DNA of 64,000 nucleotides from Spongospora subterranea f. sp. subterranea. Its lineage: Eukaryota. Each line of letters opens with the position of its first letter. Position 1 is the stretch's first letter. Position numbers and translations under genes: made by a program. A model generated the notes under the pieces. It ran no database searches. It had not been told where the DNA came from and saw only the letters and a program-made list of their open reading frames with translations. Shown piece after piece: positions 15,301-27,425 of this stretch. Location of the stretch: assembly GCA_049724395.1 (NCBI GenBank), contig JAUGWO010000113.1, positions 124,001-188,000 of the forward strand, given 5' to 3'.

Positions 15301-16292
15301 CACCGATGCCTGGCCAGCGGACAACTGGACTAGAATCTCGCAAGCATGGTCCCGCGTATCCTGATCCAAATCTTGGTTAATCGCGGCATGTGTCAGGAAA
15401 GCGCTGGTCGCGGCTAGAATAGAATCCCCAGACGCCATATCAATTTTTTTCATGGCCGCTTGTGCAAACAGCGGTCGCAGAGTTTCAACAAGACCGCGAC
15501 ATAACCTCGGTTCGCAGAGATCAAGATGCTCTCGAATTGTCATAAAGGCATTTAATCCAAGTTGGATTGCAGACGGCAACGATGACGTTTTCTCAGATAC
15601 AATGTGAGATGCACTTGAGTCAAGCAAAGGTGAAGTCTGGGGCAACATAACGCCAGCATTGAGATCTGGTAATGCCTCATGAATTTGACGAATCACCGCC
15701 ACTCTTTTTTGCAAAGCTGTGGGAGTCTTTGATCGAGTGGACGAAGCAATGCTCTTTCTGATTGACTCGAGCAAAGCCTGACGGTCCTCTGGACGCCAGT
15801 CAAACACTCCTGAAAACTGATGTATATCGAGATGCCCATCCTGAATTTGATACATATCAGGCCGGATCTAGATAGACACAGAGCAACAGGTCACCTGCGT
15901 AACTGAAGCTGGATTTGCAGAGTTGGATTTATTCACTATCGTGGACAAACTAGAAGACGCAGGTAGCACCAAGTTAGGATTGAGAAATCGGGCTGGATTC
16001 TACACTCACAAGTACTGTTATTCAGCAACGGAAATGAAGGCCCAATGCCAACAGATGATTCAGCGCGTAAACAGACGGATACCTGGATAGAATTGGCAGC
16101 AAGCAGCGAAGTTAATTGTGAGGATGGGGAAGTCCATCCATCGACGGGATCTTGGCTGGTGGACGGTTTATTGACTTCACTGTGCTGGGCTGGCATGCAT
16201 TGTTTGTATGCTTTGTCCAGCTCGGTCTTGTCAAACAACTTGGCGATGTTGAAATGACCCCAGTCTGTGGGCGAAGTCGGAGAGGTCGCCAT
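6343..16292 (-). CDS. Giant HERC-like protein: RCC1 repeats, LamG-like, Di19-type zinc finger, UBA, SPRY, degenerate HECT N-lobe
   Basis: RCC1 repeats (YSFGRGDTGRLG, YAWGNGQHGRLG, FSWGKNTAGQCG, FSWGSSAVGQLG) at 14040-15170; CPAC...H...CPLC...H...H zinc finger at about 9610-9845; UBA (LMAMGFEVEHCIYAL...ATNWIL); SPRY (SWGMFGDGSVWHNG...GFDVKDVVSFTLDL); HECT-like FRSIGVLLGMALR...GIRAVIPIDTLPLFT. Collinear exons joined by GT-AG introns. Confidence 0.85.
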
Positions 16293-16833
16293 CGGGCGAT
16301 GCAGATAAAACAGCTACGATTTTAGCACGATGGCGGCCGTATTATGGTCCACAACCATAAACAAGGCTGTGGGGAACTGAGACTGAATGATGCAACAGCG
16401 AAGGAGGTCAAGCAACACTGAACGAACAACGACGCACTTGGACGGGAGTAACAGCTGCAGGTGGATGGACCAACGCGCCCTCTTGATACCACAGCATCAT
16501 GGAGTCATGGTGGAGCACAACATGGATTATCCAGAACGTTGATCACTGCCCTCCTAGGGCTTCCAGTCAACTGTTGAGCTTCCGCTTCCGCCACCGAGGA
16601 TCGTGTAGATCGATCATTACAATTTTCCCTTCCGGCCCTAGGTTTGCCAGTCAACTGCCTGTATAGCACGTGATTGTTCACTGAGATTGGTCAATCCATG
16701 AGCGGAATGCTTTGGCCAGCTTCGCTGGTTTAGTCAATGTCATAATATTATTACCAATTTATTTTAACAACTCTTTTAGCCAAATCACCACTCTATATAT
16801 AGAATCGTCGGACAAGACTATACTCAAATCAAT

Positions 16834-17325
16834 ATGGGTTTCATGCAGGACTTCAAGATCTTTCTCTCCCGGGGAAATGTCATCGACCTAGCTGTCGGTG
16901 TGGTCATTGGTGCCTCGTTTACAGCCGTCGTCAATGCGATGGTTGGCGATTTATTCGCTCCATTAATTGCCATTCTCATGCCAGTTAGTTTCGAGAATTG
17001 TTTCGCGCAGGTAAAATGTCCATCGGAGGGCTCAGGCTGGATGCCCTTCAATTGCAAAACGTCGTATTCAACCCTAGAGGCTGCAAAGAAAGAGGGTGCC
17101 ATTGTTTTCGCATACGGTCATTTTATCGAAGCATGCTTAAGTTTCCTGCTAACATCGTTTGTCCTCTTTTTGATCGTCCGTCTTTACTTGCGCATTCACC
17201 ATAAGACCATTACCAAGCAGAAGAAGTGTGATCACTGCATTCAAATCGTCGATCCCGAAGCTACACGATGCAATCACTGCAGCGGAGCGTTGCGCCCAAC
17301 CCAGCCGGATGTCAAGTTAATTTGA
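16834..17325 (+). CDS. mscL: Large-conductance mechanosensitive channel MscL with C-terminal CxxC...CxxC zinc ribbon (copy 1, intronless)
   Basis: DFKIFLSRGNVIDLAVGVVIGASFTAVVNAMVGDLFAPLI is the MscL S1/TM1 signature; YGHFIEACLSFLL TM2; tail CDHC...ATRCNHC; TATATATA about 35-40 bp upstream. Confidence 0.93.
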   Translation: MGFMQDFKIFLSRGNVIDLAVGVVIGASFTAVVNAMVGDLFAPLIAILMPVSFENCFAQVKCPSEGSGWMPFNCKTSYSTLEAAKKEGAIVFAYGHFIEACLSFLLTSFVLFLIVRLYLRIHHKTITKQKKCDHCIQIVDPEATRCNHCSGALRPTQPDVKLI

Positions 17326-17689
17326 GACAGAATAAACGGACTTCATTTGCGGCGAACATGGCTACTGTAATAAGACCTGAGTCGCGAGAATCCGTTCCAC
17401 GTCGTGTAACAAAAAAAATAGCTGCACTGTAGTCAACCTGAATGGCGAAGTCGTTATGCTCATTTGGAAACGTATGATGACAGGCAGGGAGTGATTTCAG
17501 GGGTGACGCAGCCCTCTTAGATTTTTACCCTCGTCATTGGGATCAAGTTCCACGCAATCAGCGCAATATCGGGCTGATAGGGCACTACCGGTTATTGGCA
17601 CCTTAATGCGCGTCATATATTGAACAAAATCGGTATTGATAATTGGGGAAAGTGGCGGTCGTTAACCTTGGGGCAGTCGCGTTGGTGGC

Positions 17690-20600
17690 ATGCTGCTAGC
17701 GAAATCGGGCTCCCAAACCGGGCCTCATGAGGACCCTCATGTTCAGAAGCAAGTGATGACGCTGCTTTGGCGGGAGTTGGAGCGGCCGGGGAACCAGGAA
17801 TGTGCTGATTGTGGCCAAAGGCATGTGCAATATTCTGGTTTACTCTGTTTTATAATTAGTTCTTTGTGATCATTTTTTTTTTATTTTTGGCGTCTCAAAA
17901 TCTTTTTTTAAATTCCGGTATTTGTTCCAGGGATCCTGAATGGGCGTCTATCAATCTTGGTATTCTCGTTTGCACAAATTGCGTCGGTATTCATCGTTCC
18001 CTTGGCGTGTCTATCAGCAATGTCCGCTCCATTACTCTTGACCGATGGGATAACTCCCAGTTGTCATGCCTACAAAATGTCGGAAACAGCAAGTCCAACA
18101 GAATGTACGAGTACATGCTACCGGTTAACAGTAAGCTTACCCCAACGTCGTCGATGGAAGCACGAGCTGCGTTCATTCGCCAAAAGTACGTTGACAAGGC
18201 TTTTGTCGATAGCGGGGTTTTGAAGAGAACGCCCCGATCTCGGGATGTCCCTGAAATTCAACACGAGGCTGCTGAATCGACCATGCCTTCCCAGTTAGTT
18301 GATTACTTGGTTGTTTTTTGGTCGTGGCACCCGGCTGCGAAATTTAACGTTCGAGCCGAAATTGTTAGATAAGATTCCCGCTACAGATTATCCTGATTTT
18401 CCTCTTCAGCCAGAAGCGGTTGGCATCTTCGCCTTTCCTGAGGACATCTCATTAAGCACCATCCAGCACCCTCCCAGCCGTGTGCTTTTTTCACTTACCT
18501 CGGCCACCGGCGTGCGTCAATACGCTGTTGGCGTTTTGTTCTGGGAGCTAATGACGCCAATGGAAATCGTCGAATTTGAAGCACATTCTGAAAAACATCA
18601 GGAATGTGCTCACCAGCATTCAAGGGCCGTGAGTTCTGCGTCGTCTGACGTTTCGGGGTTTCCTCAAAGCTTGTATTCTCCTAAATGCATAATCGTGCTT
18701 TCTCACTGGCCTTTTTTTAACACATTTGAGAAATGGCTAGCAATGCTATATCGGATTTCGCTGTCCTGCGCCCCATTACCTTTGGAGCGGTTTATTGCTA
18801 ATTTCATCATGGAGGTTCCTGTTCCCCCAGCTGGGAAAACTGCTGTTCAATTCACTATCGCCGATCAATCTCTGAGGATAGTCAGGCCTCCTCCGAACTC
18901 ATTACCTTTATGTGATTGTCGTATGGCCACATTGTTTCAATGTTTGGACTTGAATAACGTGGTCGCTTTGATAACTGCAATGATCACAGAACAAAAAATC
19001 GTACTGTGCTCTTCTCAGCGATCTGCCCTTTTGGATGTCTGTGAAGCTGCCAGTGCCCTCATCTTCCCGCTAACTTGGCAGGGGGTTTACATGCCGGTTC
19101 TGCCCAAGCGTTTGAGCGAGTTTATTCATGCTCCTGTTCCTTTCATCGCCGGAATATCGTCGTCATATCTGCTCCCTCCCAATCCCGTTATGGTTCCTTC
19201 GGAAGTGGTCTTCTTCAACCTTGACACCAACGATGTTTTGATGCCGGCTCCTGATACGCTTCCACCACTTCCCGACAAACCGCTTCGAAAGTTACTCGAA
19301 TGTCTGCGTCCTCTCGTCTCTGGACAGTTATTTAGTGGCCGTGATGATGTTGACGCCATGTTCCCGTACTCCGAACATCTCGTTCCTATTGACAAATTTG
19401 GAGAGGGTGGTCTTGTTATTAATGAACTTACTACTCCAAAAGGGACTAAGAAACTGAGAAATCGGTTCAAGCGTGTTCCACCTGCCGTTCGGCCTCCATC
19501 GTCTAATACGAATTGCTCATCCGTTGACTCAGAGGCCGTCAGAGACATATTCTTACGGTTTATGGTGAAGTTGTTGGGCCGCTATCGCCAATTTCTGATT
19601 CCATCGGAGAACGGACTCACAACAGACGAAATCGAATGTCTTGATACTAAATCCCTGTTCGATCATGCTGCTGCGTTGCGTGATGCCAATGAATCATTTC
19701 GTCCGTTACTTGCTGCTGTCACTGAAACTCAAATGTTTGAGCGCTTCATTGCTGATCGCTGGACTCCATCTTGTCAAGCTAACGACCGGTCAGCACGGCC
19801 TGAGGTTCGTTTTTTTGATGACTGCGTCGTCGCCAAGTTGAACCGATCTAACTTTCACCTTCATCGCTCGACTCCGTTCTTAGATGATACTTCATATGCG
19901 ATCACAACCACCTTCGTTGTTCCTTTTCCCAATCGTGTTGGCGTCACTGAGGACTTTTACGAATATGAACAGTTTCCAAAGTTGAAGCCCGAATTACTTG
20001 GGCCAATCCGTCCTGTAGAACCGCTAATCAAGAGTGAACGTCGGCCTGTAGTCTCAACACTCGCTCGTCGCGTCAATAACGAACTCATGAAAGGGAGGAT
20101 TGTTCCGCAATTCCAGTCGTGGGAAAGGCTTCGGAGGGCAGCGATTGTGATACAGAGCCGTTATCGTGCATGTATTCCACGACGTCTTTTCCTAGCATTG
20201 AAGCGTCAATCGGTGTTTGTCGAGGATCGTATGTGGTATCTACGCCATCAACGGGCATCATCATTTCTTCAAGCTTCGCTGCGCGTGTATATATGTCGAG
20301 TTCATCGTACCTTATTGGTATCAGCAGCAGCAGCGAACATGTTGAGTAGTATGCTGCGTTCGTATCTTGCTATGCAAAGTTTCAACAAGTTGAGGCAGTG
20401 CACTGTCGTCCTGCAAGCTGGCGTATGTGCTATTGTTTGTAAGGTTCGAAGAGAGCAAATTGCCGCCGCAGTCATCAAAGTACAATCTAGAGTCCGCATG
20501 CAGATTCAAAGAAGAAGGTATGTCAGTTTTGTATATCTGACCATGGTTAACTCACTCAGCCGTTTTTGACAGATACCTCTCCATCGTGGCGTCGATTGTT

Positions 20601-21368
20601 CAAGTGCAAGCCGTTTTCCGTGGTCACCGTGTTCGTTGTCATCAAGGCTTTGTGATTCAGGAGGGTATCGCATCATGCCGAACTAAACTTGCCGAACTCT
20701 GGAATCAGCTCCATACCGACATCTATCATCGCTCCCAATTCTGGTCAGTGTTAGAAGATCCGTCGTATATGTCGTGGATGATGCACATTGAGGAAGTGCA
20801 TCGACTTCAAGCTGAGTTCAAACAGAGGACCGCCAAAGCAGACGCAGACGCCAAGAGCCTGCTAATCAAACAACGGAGTGATTTTTACCATTATATGAAA
20901 GTGACGGCGCCGAAAGCTGATAGGGAAAGGTCCTTCACTGAGATGGGTTTGAAAGGTGGATATAGGAAAAAAAGGCTTTCTCAGACAGTTTGGTCAGTTC
21001 CAGGCCAAGAATCTATTAGTGCAAAAATTCTTGTGTCCGTTGAAACCCCTGCGTCGTTGGCCCAGAAAGATGCGATGGCCGAAATCAAAAATATTCGTAT
21101 CAAGTCGAATCTTCATAAAACAACGATGAGCTCCCTAAAAGCTGTTGTTAGGCTTCAGCTGCGCGTGAATGTTCTTCGGGCTAAAGCGCAAGCGGCCGCG
21201 TCTAGCAATGCCAGACTTTCGATCAGAAATCAGCTCCTTTTACGCCAGGCTAACTCATTGGTTCAAAATGCGATGGCAAAGACACAAATACCATCTACGT
21301 CACTTCGCCAAGTATATCGTCCTCAGTACGACGATTTGACGGCCACCCGATTTTCTGTGGCAAGGTAG
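17690..21368 (+). CDS. ArfGAP - tripartite DENN - IQ repeats - NACK_C/DUF3490-like multidomain protein
   Basis: CADCGQR|DPEWASINLGILVCTNCVGIHRSLG (ArfGAP zinc finger); LVDYLVVFG, YSPKCIIVLSHWPFF, IFPLTWQGVYMPVLP, APVPFIAG, ETQMFERFI (DENN); IQSRYRA, VQSRVRM, VQAVFRG (IQ). GC-AG intron 17821-17930; frameshift in T6 at 18314-18319; intron near 20518-20572. Confidence 0.88.
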
Positions 21369-22243
21369 CGCTAGCGCTATCAACACATCGACTCGTAATA
21401 CCTTACTGCTTTGCAGTTTGCTAATATATCTCATATAACCAACCTAGTTAAATAAATATCTGAAGTCTGTAAAACGCACCAGTCGCATCGTCATAATGTT
21501 GAGAAACAGACAGTTGGCCATACATTTCCTTGCACAACAACTATGATGAGATTCTCTCAGCAATAGCAGTACGATCACGACATCGTTCGGCTACCACTCA
21601 TTTTTTGCCTCGACATCGTATGATTGGCATTTGTCCAAGCAAATTCTGGCGATTGATGGATGACGCATTGCGATATTTTTTTTTTCAAAAACAAGAGATT
21701 GAGACAGGCAGCTGTGTGTTATACAAATGTGAACATCTGTATTGGTTCCTTCCCGGGCCCTTAATCATTTCCGCGTCTCTCAGCGCTACTTGTTCCGCTC
21801 ATGTGATCTGGTCCGCCATTATGAACCGATCACCAGCTTATTGTGTGGGTCACTTGATTTGAAATCTAGTTCCAGTTCTGAAGTGACGAGCTGCTTCTTT
21901 ACGAAGTTGCTCGAATTGGCTGAAGGATCTCCATGGCGCGATTTCTGACATTCCGCAAACCAAATCAAACAATGTGGTTCGTGACGCGGAGCTGCTCTCA
22001 TTCATTGCAGACCAGATTCGCGCCACATTCTGGCATTCTCTGAGTTTTCATTGATGAGGATGCCAGGTGAAAAAAAATGGGTATCGTCGTCCAACGCCGA
22101 CGGTTCACTACAACCAAGATGAACCGACCGACGCTAGTCGCTATCGACCCGCCGACCGGACACCTTTCCTCCTCTTGCCGGTGAACCAAATAGGCATGCC
22201 GATGAAGCCTTTCAGTCCCCAGAAATCAAACTCATGTTATCTC

Positions 22244-23346
22244 ATCGGTCGAAGTTGCGAATGTGCTCGTTCGCAGGATGTGGACATGGATCATTGGAAT
22301 TTCGTCTTCGAGGGCTCCCCAGGCATTGTCATCAAGCTGTACCCTGCCTCAATCGTTCATGCCCCAACATGCCAGGTGTAGTCTATTTACCAACCACTGT
22401 TGGGCAAGCCAGGATTTCAGGTGAGCGTTTTGATGCTCTTGTAGGGAAAATGAAAACCATCAGAGGAGGTCATCCCAACATATTTCACAGGGCAATGTTC
22501 CGAACAGAGGTCTGTTTGCAAGACCCGGACCATCACAAGGCGCGAGAGGTTTGTCAGCAACTTAATTTATTGACGCTTGACCAGTTCGCTTTTGACAACG
22601 GTTTGACGTTTTTCGACCTGTTCAAGGTTCATGTAACCGACCAATACATCGTTCAAGCCATGAATTCCGTGTCGATTGGACTGGTTTTTGCCTCCAACTG
22701 ACTTCCCGCTCAATCGTGGAAACTTCTTCCGCACTGGTCTTAGTAAAATCCTGACGAACGATAAATCGACTCAACGCATATGCGCGATCCAAAGACAATG
22801 GTCGTCTAGGTCTGACAGCAAGGATGGGTTATAGGAAGTTGCCCGAATCCAACCGGCGGCATTGATATAGGTCGGCAAACATTCTCCGTTTACAATAGTT
22901 CCGCGTTGTTGGATCCTGAAAACAAGCCACGCCGCCTGGCAAACTGGAGCATATACTCCAATTGGACGATGTATTGGTCGGTTACAGAACCTTGAACAGT
23001 TGTCAAAGCGAACTGGTCAAGTGTGAATAACTTAAGTTGCTGACAAACCTCTCGCGCCGTGTCCTGCAAACAAACTTCTGTTCGGAACATTGCCCTGTGA
23101 AATATGTTCGGATGACCTCCTCTGATGGTTCTCATTTTCCCTACAAGAGCATCAAAACGCTCACCTGAAACCCTGGCTTGCCCAACAGTGGTTGGTACAT
23201 GAACTACACATGGCATTTTGGGACGGAAAAATTGACGATTGACGCAGGGTACAACTTAATGACAATGCCTGGGAGCCCTCGAAGACGGAACTACAAAGAC
23301 CCATATCCACAACCGGCGAACGAGCACATTCGCAACTTCGACCGAT
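22244..23346. repeat. Long inverted repeat: arms about 22244-22656 and 22962-23346, spacer about 305 bp
   Basis: Arms are reverse complements with scattered substitutions and indels; both encode PTTVGQAR(I/V)SGERFDALVGKM(K/R)TIRGGHPNIFHRAMFRTEVCLQD on opposite strands. Confidence 0.95.
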
Positions 23347-23941
23347 TGTCAGCGACTGGGGACTAAGAAGGTTGAGGACGAAGGGGTAGACTGGTTAGTC
23401 GACGTCACGATGATCAGATTTTCGGTTCATGCTGATGACCTTTTGAAATATCCGCATCGATTCGTGACAAGAGCTCTGTGGATGAACAACATAATCCGAA
23501 GAAGGATGAGACCCGTGAAATGTGAGTTCAGGGCGAGGTGTTAGTTACTGGGGACAGAAGGGCCGTCAGGGCGAGCCAGACCCACAATTTGTGGGTAATA
23601 GTCGTGAGCTAGATGATAATGACATGATGATATCGCCATGGACATGCCCCACCAATGTACTGCCCCAATATTTTCTCATCTCGATATCATCAGTTCATTA
23701 TCATCCACCTCACGAATATGACCCTTTGGTCCCCTGAATCGCCATAGAAAGACGCTTCATCAACATTATTTGGCTCACGCGTCCAATCGATCAAGCGTGC
23801 CGAGTGTTGTTGAAACCGTTCAAGGCGTGGGTGCATGGCGAACGAGGACGCATCTTGCGCGATCTGCGGAAGAAGCAACGCTGGCGGCCGCACGATTCTG
23901 GTCGCATTCCGTGTGAAGCTAACAACGCTTGACGACCTCAT
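22660..23941 (-). pseudogene. Decayed unknown ORF or TE relic that contains the right arm of the inverted repeat
   Basis: Broken minus-strand frames (23690-23941, 22890-23216, and a largely open frame across the spacer) with stops and frameshifts; no family recognised. Confidence 0.3.
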
Positions 23942-24311
23942 CCAGCAGAGTTAGGCCGAACGGGTATTGCTTCTGACGCTTACTTTATCTGTTAAATAAT
24001 TGAAAAACGTTCTTATTTATTTGTGATTTGGGTTAAAAATAGGTTTTAGTCGCTCATGATTGACACGAAGGACTACAGCGTATGTACACTAGCGCATGGG
24101 CGGTAATAGGTGGTAGTGTCTTTATGGACACACAGTACATTAAGGCGGTGCAATCAACTGCGTAGCGAAGACCTGTTCAAAGGTGATAACGGCGGTGTTC
24201 GGGGTCCCAAAGGCGGTTGAGGGCGGGGACGAATCCGCTGCTGCTGGGGCCGTCCTGGGCATTCATAGCCCGTCTCTCACTCAGTCCACGATTTCGTTCT
24301 TCGTTGAACAC

Positions 24312-26469
24312 ATGGAGGTGTATAACGGGCCGCCCCTTGGAGTTTCGGCTCCCATTTCGTCAGATTTACCGTCTGAGATTGACATTCAAAATGCGGCCAT
24401 GTTGGAAGCAGTGCTTGCCCAAGAAAATCTTCTTGAAACTAAAGAGGAATCCATCAAGTAATTAGTTTATCATTTTACAATTTTTACAGTTGATCAACTT
24501 GTATTTATCCAGGAGAGAATCGGTGTTGGGGACTTTAAACCAGATATGCCAAAGATGGGCCCGCGACATGACATTGGAACTTGGGCTTGGAGAGCACATG
24601 GCCAACGAGGCGCGCCTGCATCTGTATACGTTTGGGTCTTATCGATTAGGTACAGCGTCACTATCGATCCGTTATAAATTTATGCTGATTAGCGCCGTTT
24701 CGTTAACAATAGGTGTGCATGTTGCCGGTGCTGATATTGATACGTTGATTGTTGGCCCTAGACACCTTACTCGTGATTTAGTCTTCACTAGTTTGGTCGA
24801 AGTCCTATCGGCTAATAAGAAAGTGACGGATCTGACTGCTGTTCTTGATGCATATGTTCCAGTTATCAATTTTGTGTTCGACGATATTGAGATCGATTTG
24901 CTATATGCACAGCTTGCGTTAGAAAGATTGCCAACTCCTATGAATATTTTCAAGAACGAATTACTCCACAACATAGATGAACAAAGCATTCGTTCGTTAA
25001 ACGGTGTTCGAGTTACTGATACGATATTAATGCAAGTTCCAAACAAGAACACTTTCAGAGCAACGCTTAGGTTCATCAAACTATGGGCTCGAAATCGCGG
25101 TATCTACGGCAACGTGTTCGGCTTTTTGGGTAATGCTTCACGCTACATTTGTTTATAGTTTTTTCATTGCATTCTGCCGTTGATAAATGACACATTTTCA
25201 AGGTTCTTGGCATAACCATTCTTGTTTTAGGAGGTGTTTCGTGGGCTATTCTTACCGCTCGTGCATGTCAACTGTACCCAAATGCTTCGCCGAGTTTATT
25301 GCTGCAAAAATTCATGACGATTTTTGATCTCTGGAGATGGCCTCGCCCCGTCGTCCTTTGCGATGTTGATGACGATCCCTCCCTTGGTACTCGTTTTTTT
25401 TTTCAGTGTTGCTTTTTTGATGAGGTATTTGCCATGATATAGGTTTACCTGTCTGGAATCCAGCTGTTAATCCACGCGAGCGAAACGATGTGTTCCCGGT
25501 GTTAACACCTGCTTATCCCAGCATGAATTCTACATACAACGTGTCAACAGCAACCAGACGAATGTTGAAAAAGGAGCTTCATCGTGGAAAGGAGTTGACT
25601 GAGTCAATCGCTCACCGATTGTTTACGCTTGAGGATTATAAGAGATTGATAGCACCGTCAGAGGTTTTCCTCGAACATCGGGACTTTTTGCAAATATGTG
25701 CTTATGCCAAAAACAAAGATCAACTGCATAAATGGCTGGGCTGGGTGGAAGCAAAAATTAGGTTGCTTATCAAGAATGTCGATAACATTCCGAACTGTGA
25801 GGCGTATCCAGTCCCGAAACACTTTCCACTACCCGTAAGGACGATAGAAATCGTCAGTGGCGATGCGAAAGACGAACTTGAACAGCGTCAAGAAGTTGGC
25901 GAATGTTTCTTTGTTGGGTTGGATTTCGACATGGCTCCAGTCAGTAATGGGCCGCGTTCGGTCGATCTTTCTAGTCAGGTTAGCTACTTCATCTTCGTTG
26001 TAAACGAATATGCTTACCGGGAAGACGGTATGCGGATCGAGATTCACCACATGCGGAGCAATAACTTGCCAGATGTGGTTTTTGGGGATGAAAGGAGACC
26101 AGAAAAAAAAAGAAAAAGAAAAGTCGAAAGAAATCCCGGACAAGGGAACCGAACGACCAGCAAGATGATGTTAAAAAGGCCAAGACAGAAACCGAAGGTG
26201 GTCATTCGACAGAAGCCCCCATGACGCCCACGGAATCAGCCCTCGAAGACGCCAGGGACGCGATTCCTTCAGATTCGCCGTCAACCCCAGATGCAGTAGT
26301 CGGCGATGCCACAGCCGCGGTTCCCTCGTCTGAGGTGGACGCACCTGCGGCTGGGTCTGTTGCCTCAGGAATCGTCATCGATGAGGACAAGGACAAAGAT
26401 ACGGAACTTACCACATTGACCACTAACCTGTTGCATCAGACACGACCAATTTCTCAAACTGGAATGTAG
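24312..26469 (+). CDS. PAP1: Canonical nuclear poly(A) polymerase
   Basis: GVSAPISSDLP N-terminus; FGSYRLG|VHVAGADIDTL nucleotidyltransferase motif; DAYVPVI, RSLNGVRVTD, KLWARNRGIYGN, GGVSWAILTAR, TPAYPSMNSTYNVS, WLGWVEAKIR. The basic tail continues into ORF 26221-26469 via an indel in the A9 run at 26103-26111. Confidence 0.95.
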
Positions 26470-26680
26470 ACTTGATCCTTTTGAGCCCATCATTTGTTTT
26501 TGATGAGCCATGCAAATGCTAAGCTTTTGCGAAGGTCAGTTCGTTTGTATTTTCCATTATTGTGTCATATGTTAATGCAGTCGACTATTCTTTTTCATAA
26601 AATACATTTCTCAGCAATTTTGGTGAAGTTCCGTTTGTGTTAGTGTTTATTTCTTTGCCGGTCGTCAGCGTTTTATCCGC

Positions 26681-27208
26681 CTACACATTTTCATCAGGGT
26701 GAGGTCCCTTTGGCGCTTCCGGTCGGAGTTCGGAAGTGCAATGCGGGCATCGGGTCGCTTTCGTGTGCACCTTTTGATAGCAGAATTTACATTCGCGCCC
26801 CAGATCGCGTGTGATATTGAACGCTGTCATATATAACTTCACCATGAAGAACACCATCACAGACACAATGAAGAAATTGACTGTAGCTTGTAAAAAAGCT
26901 CCATAGTTCCATGTGACAGTTCCATCCTCAATGGCTTGGGCTAGCGATGGGCGGGTATTCCCGTATCTTCCAGCGCAGTTTGAACTTAGGCTCCAGTTCA
27001 TCAGACCGTCTTGAGAAGTGCATTTCAACATGACAAAGTTCTCGTTGAGTTTGTAGGGAATAAAGATCGAGACCAGCGGCAGGAACAAATCGTCGACCAG
27101 CGATTTGACAATACTTGTGAAGGCCGCACCAATAACCATACCAACGGCCAAATCAATCACATTTCCACGATTGATGAAAGCAACGAACTCTCTCATGAGG
27201 TGGCGCAT
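26681..27208 (-). CDS. mscL: MscL with C-terminal zinc ribbon (copy 2, intronless)
   Basis: MREFVAFINRGNVIDLAVGMVIGAAFTSIVKSLVDDLFLPLV; WNYGAFLQATVNFFIV; CKFCYQKVHTKATRCPHCTS. ATG at 27208 or 27196. Confidence 0.93.
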   Translation of the reverse strand: MRHLMREFVAFINRGNVIDLAVGMVIGAAFTSIVKSLVDDLFLPLVSIFIPYKLNENFVMLKCTSQDGLMNWSLSSNCAGRYGNTRPSLAQAIEDGTVTWNYGAFLQATVNFFIVSVMVFFMVKLYMTAFNITRDLGRECKFCYQKVHTKATRCPHCTSELRPEAPKGPHPDENV

Positions 27209-27425
27209 TGTTCCGATTTGCAAATTCGAGTTTGGAGTTTCGGATGATTTAGACAATGAATCACGTTCTTGCAACTTCCGGCTAGTGACCGGAGCTATAG
27301 TGAGAAACACACATGAATCAATCGGTTGTCAGTTCTGCGAGTCCAATATCACAAGGAATTCGGTCAAGAGATTCACCAGGCGGCACCATCCTTTCTAAAA
27401 ATTGAACAATGTATTTGATGATTGG

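Noticed and set aside
16834..17325. MscL as bacterial contamination
   Set aside because: Both copies are embedded between intron-containing eukaryotic genes, with no operon context.
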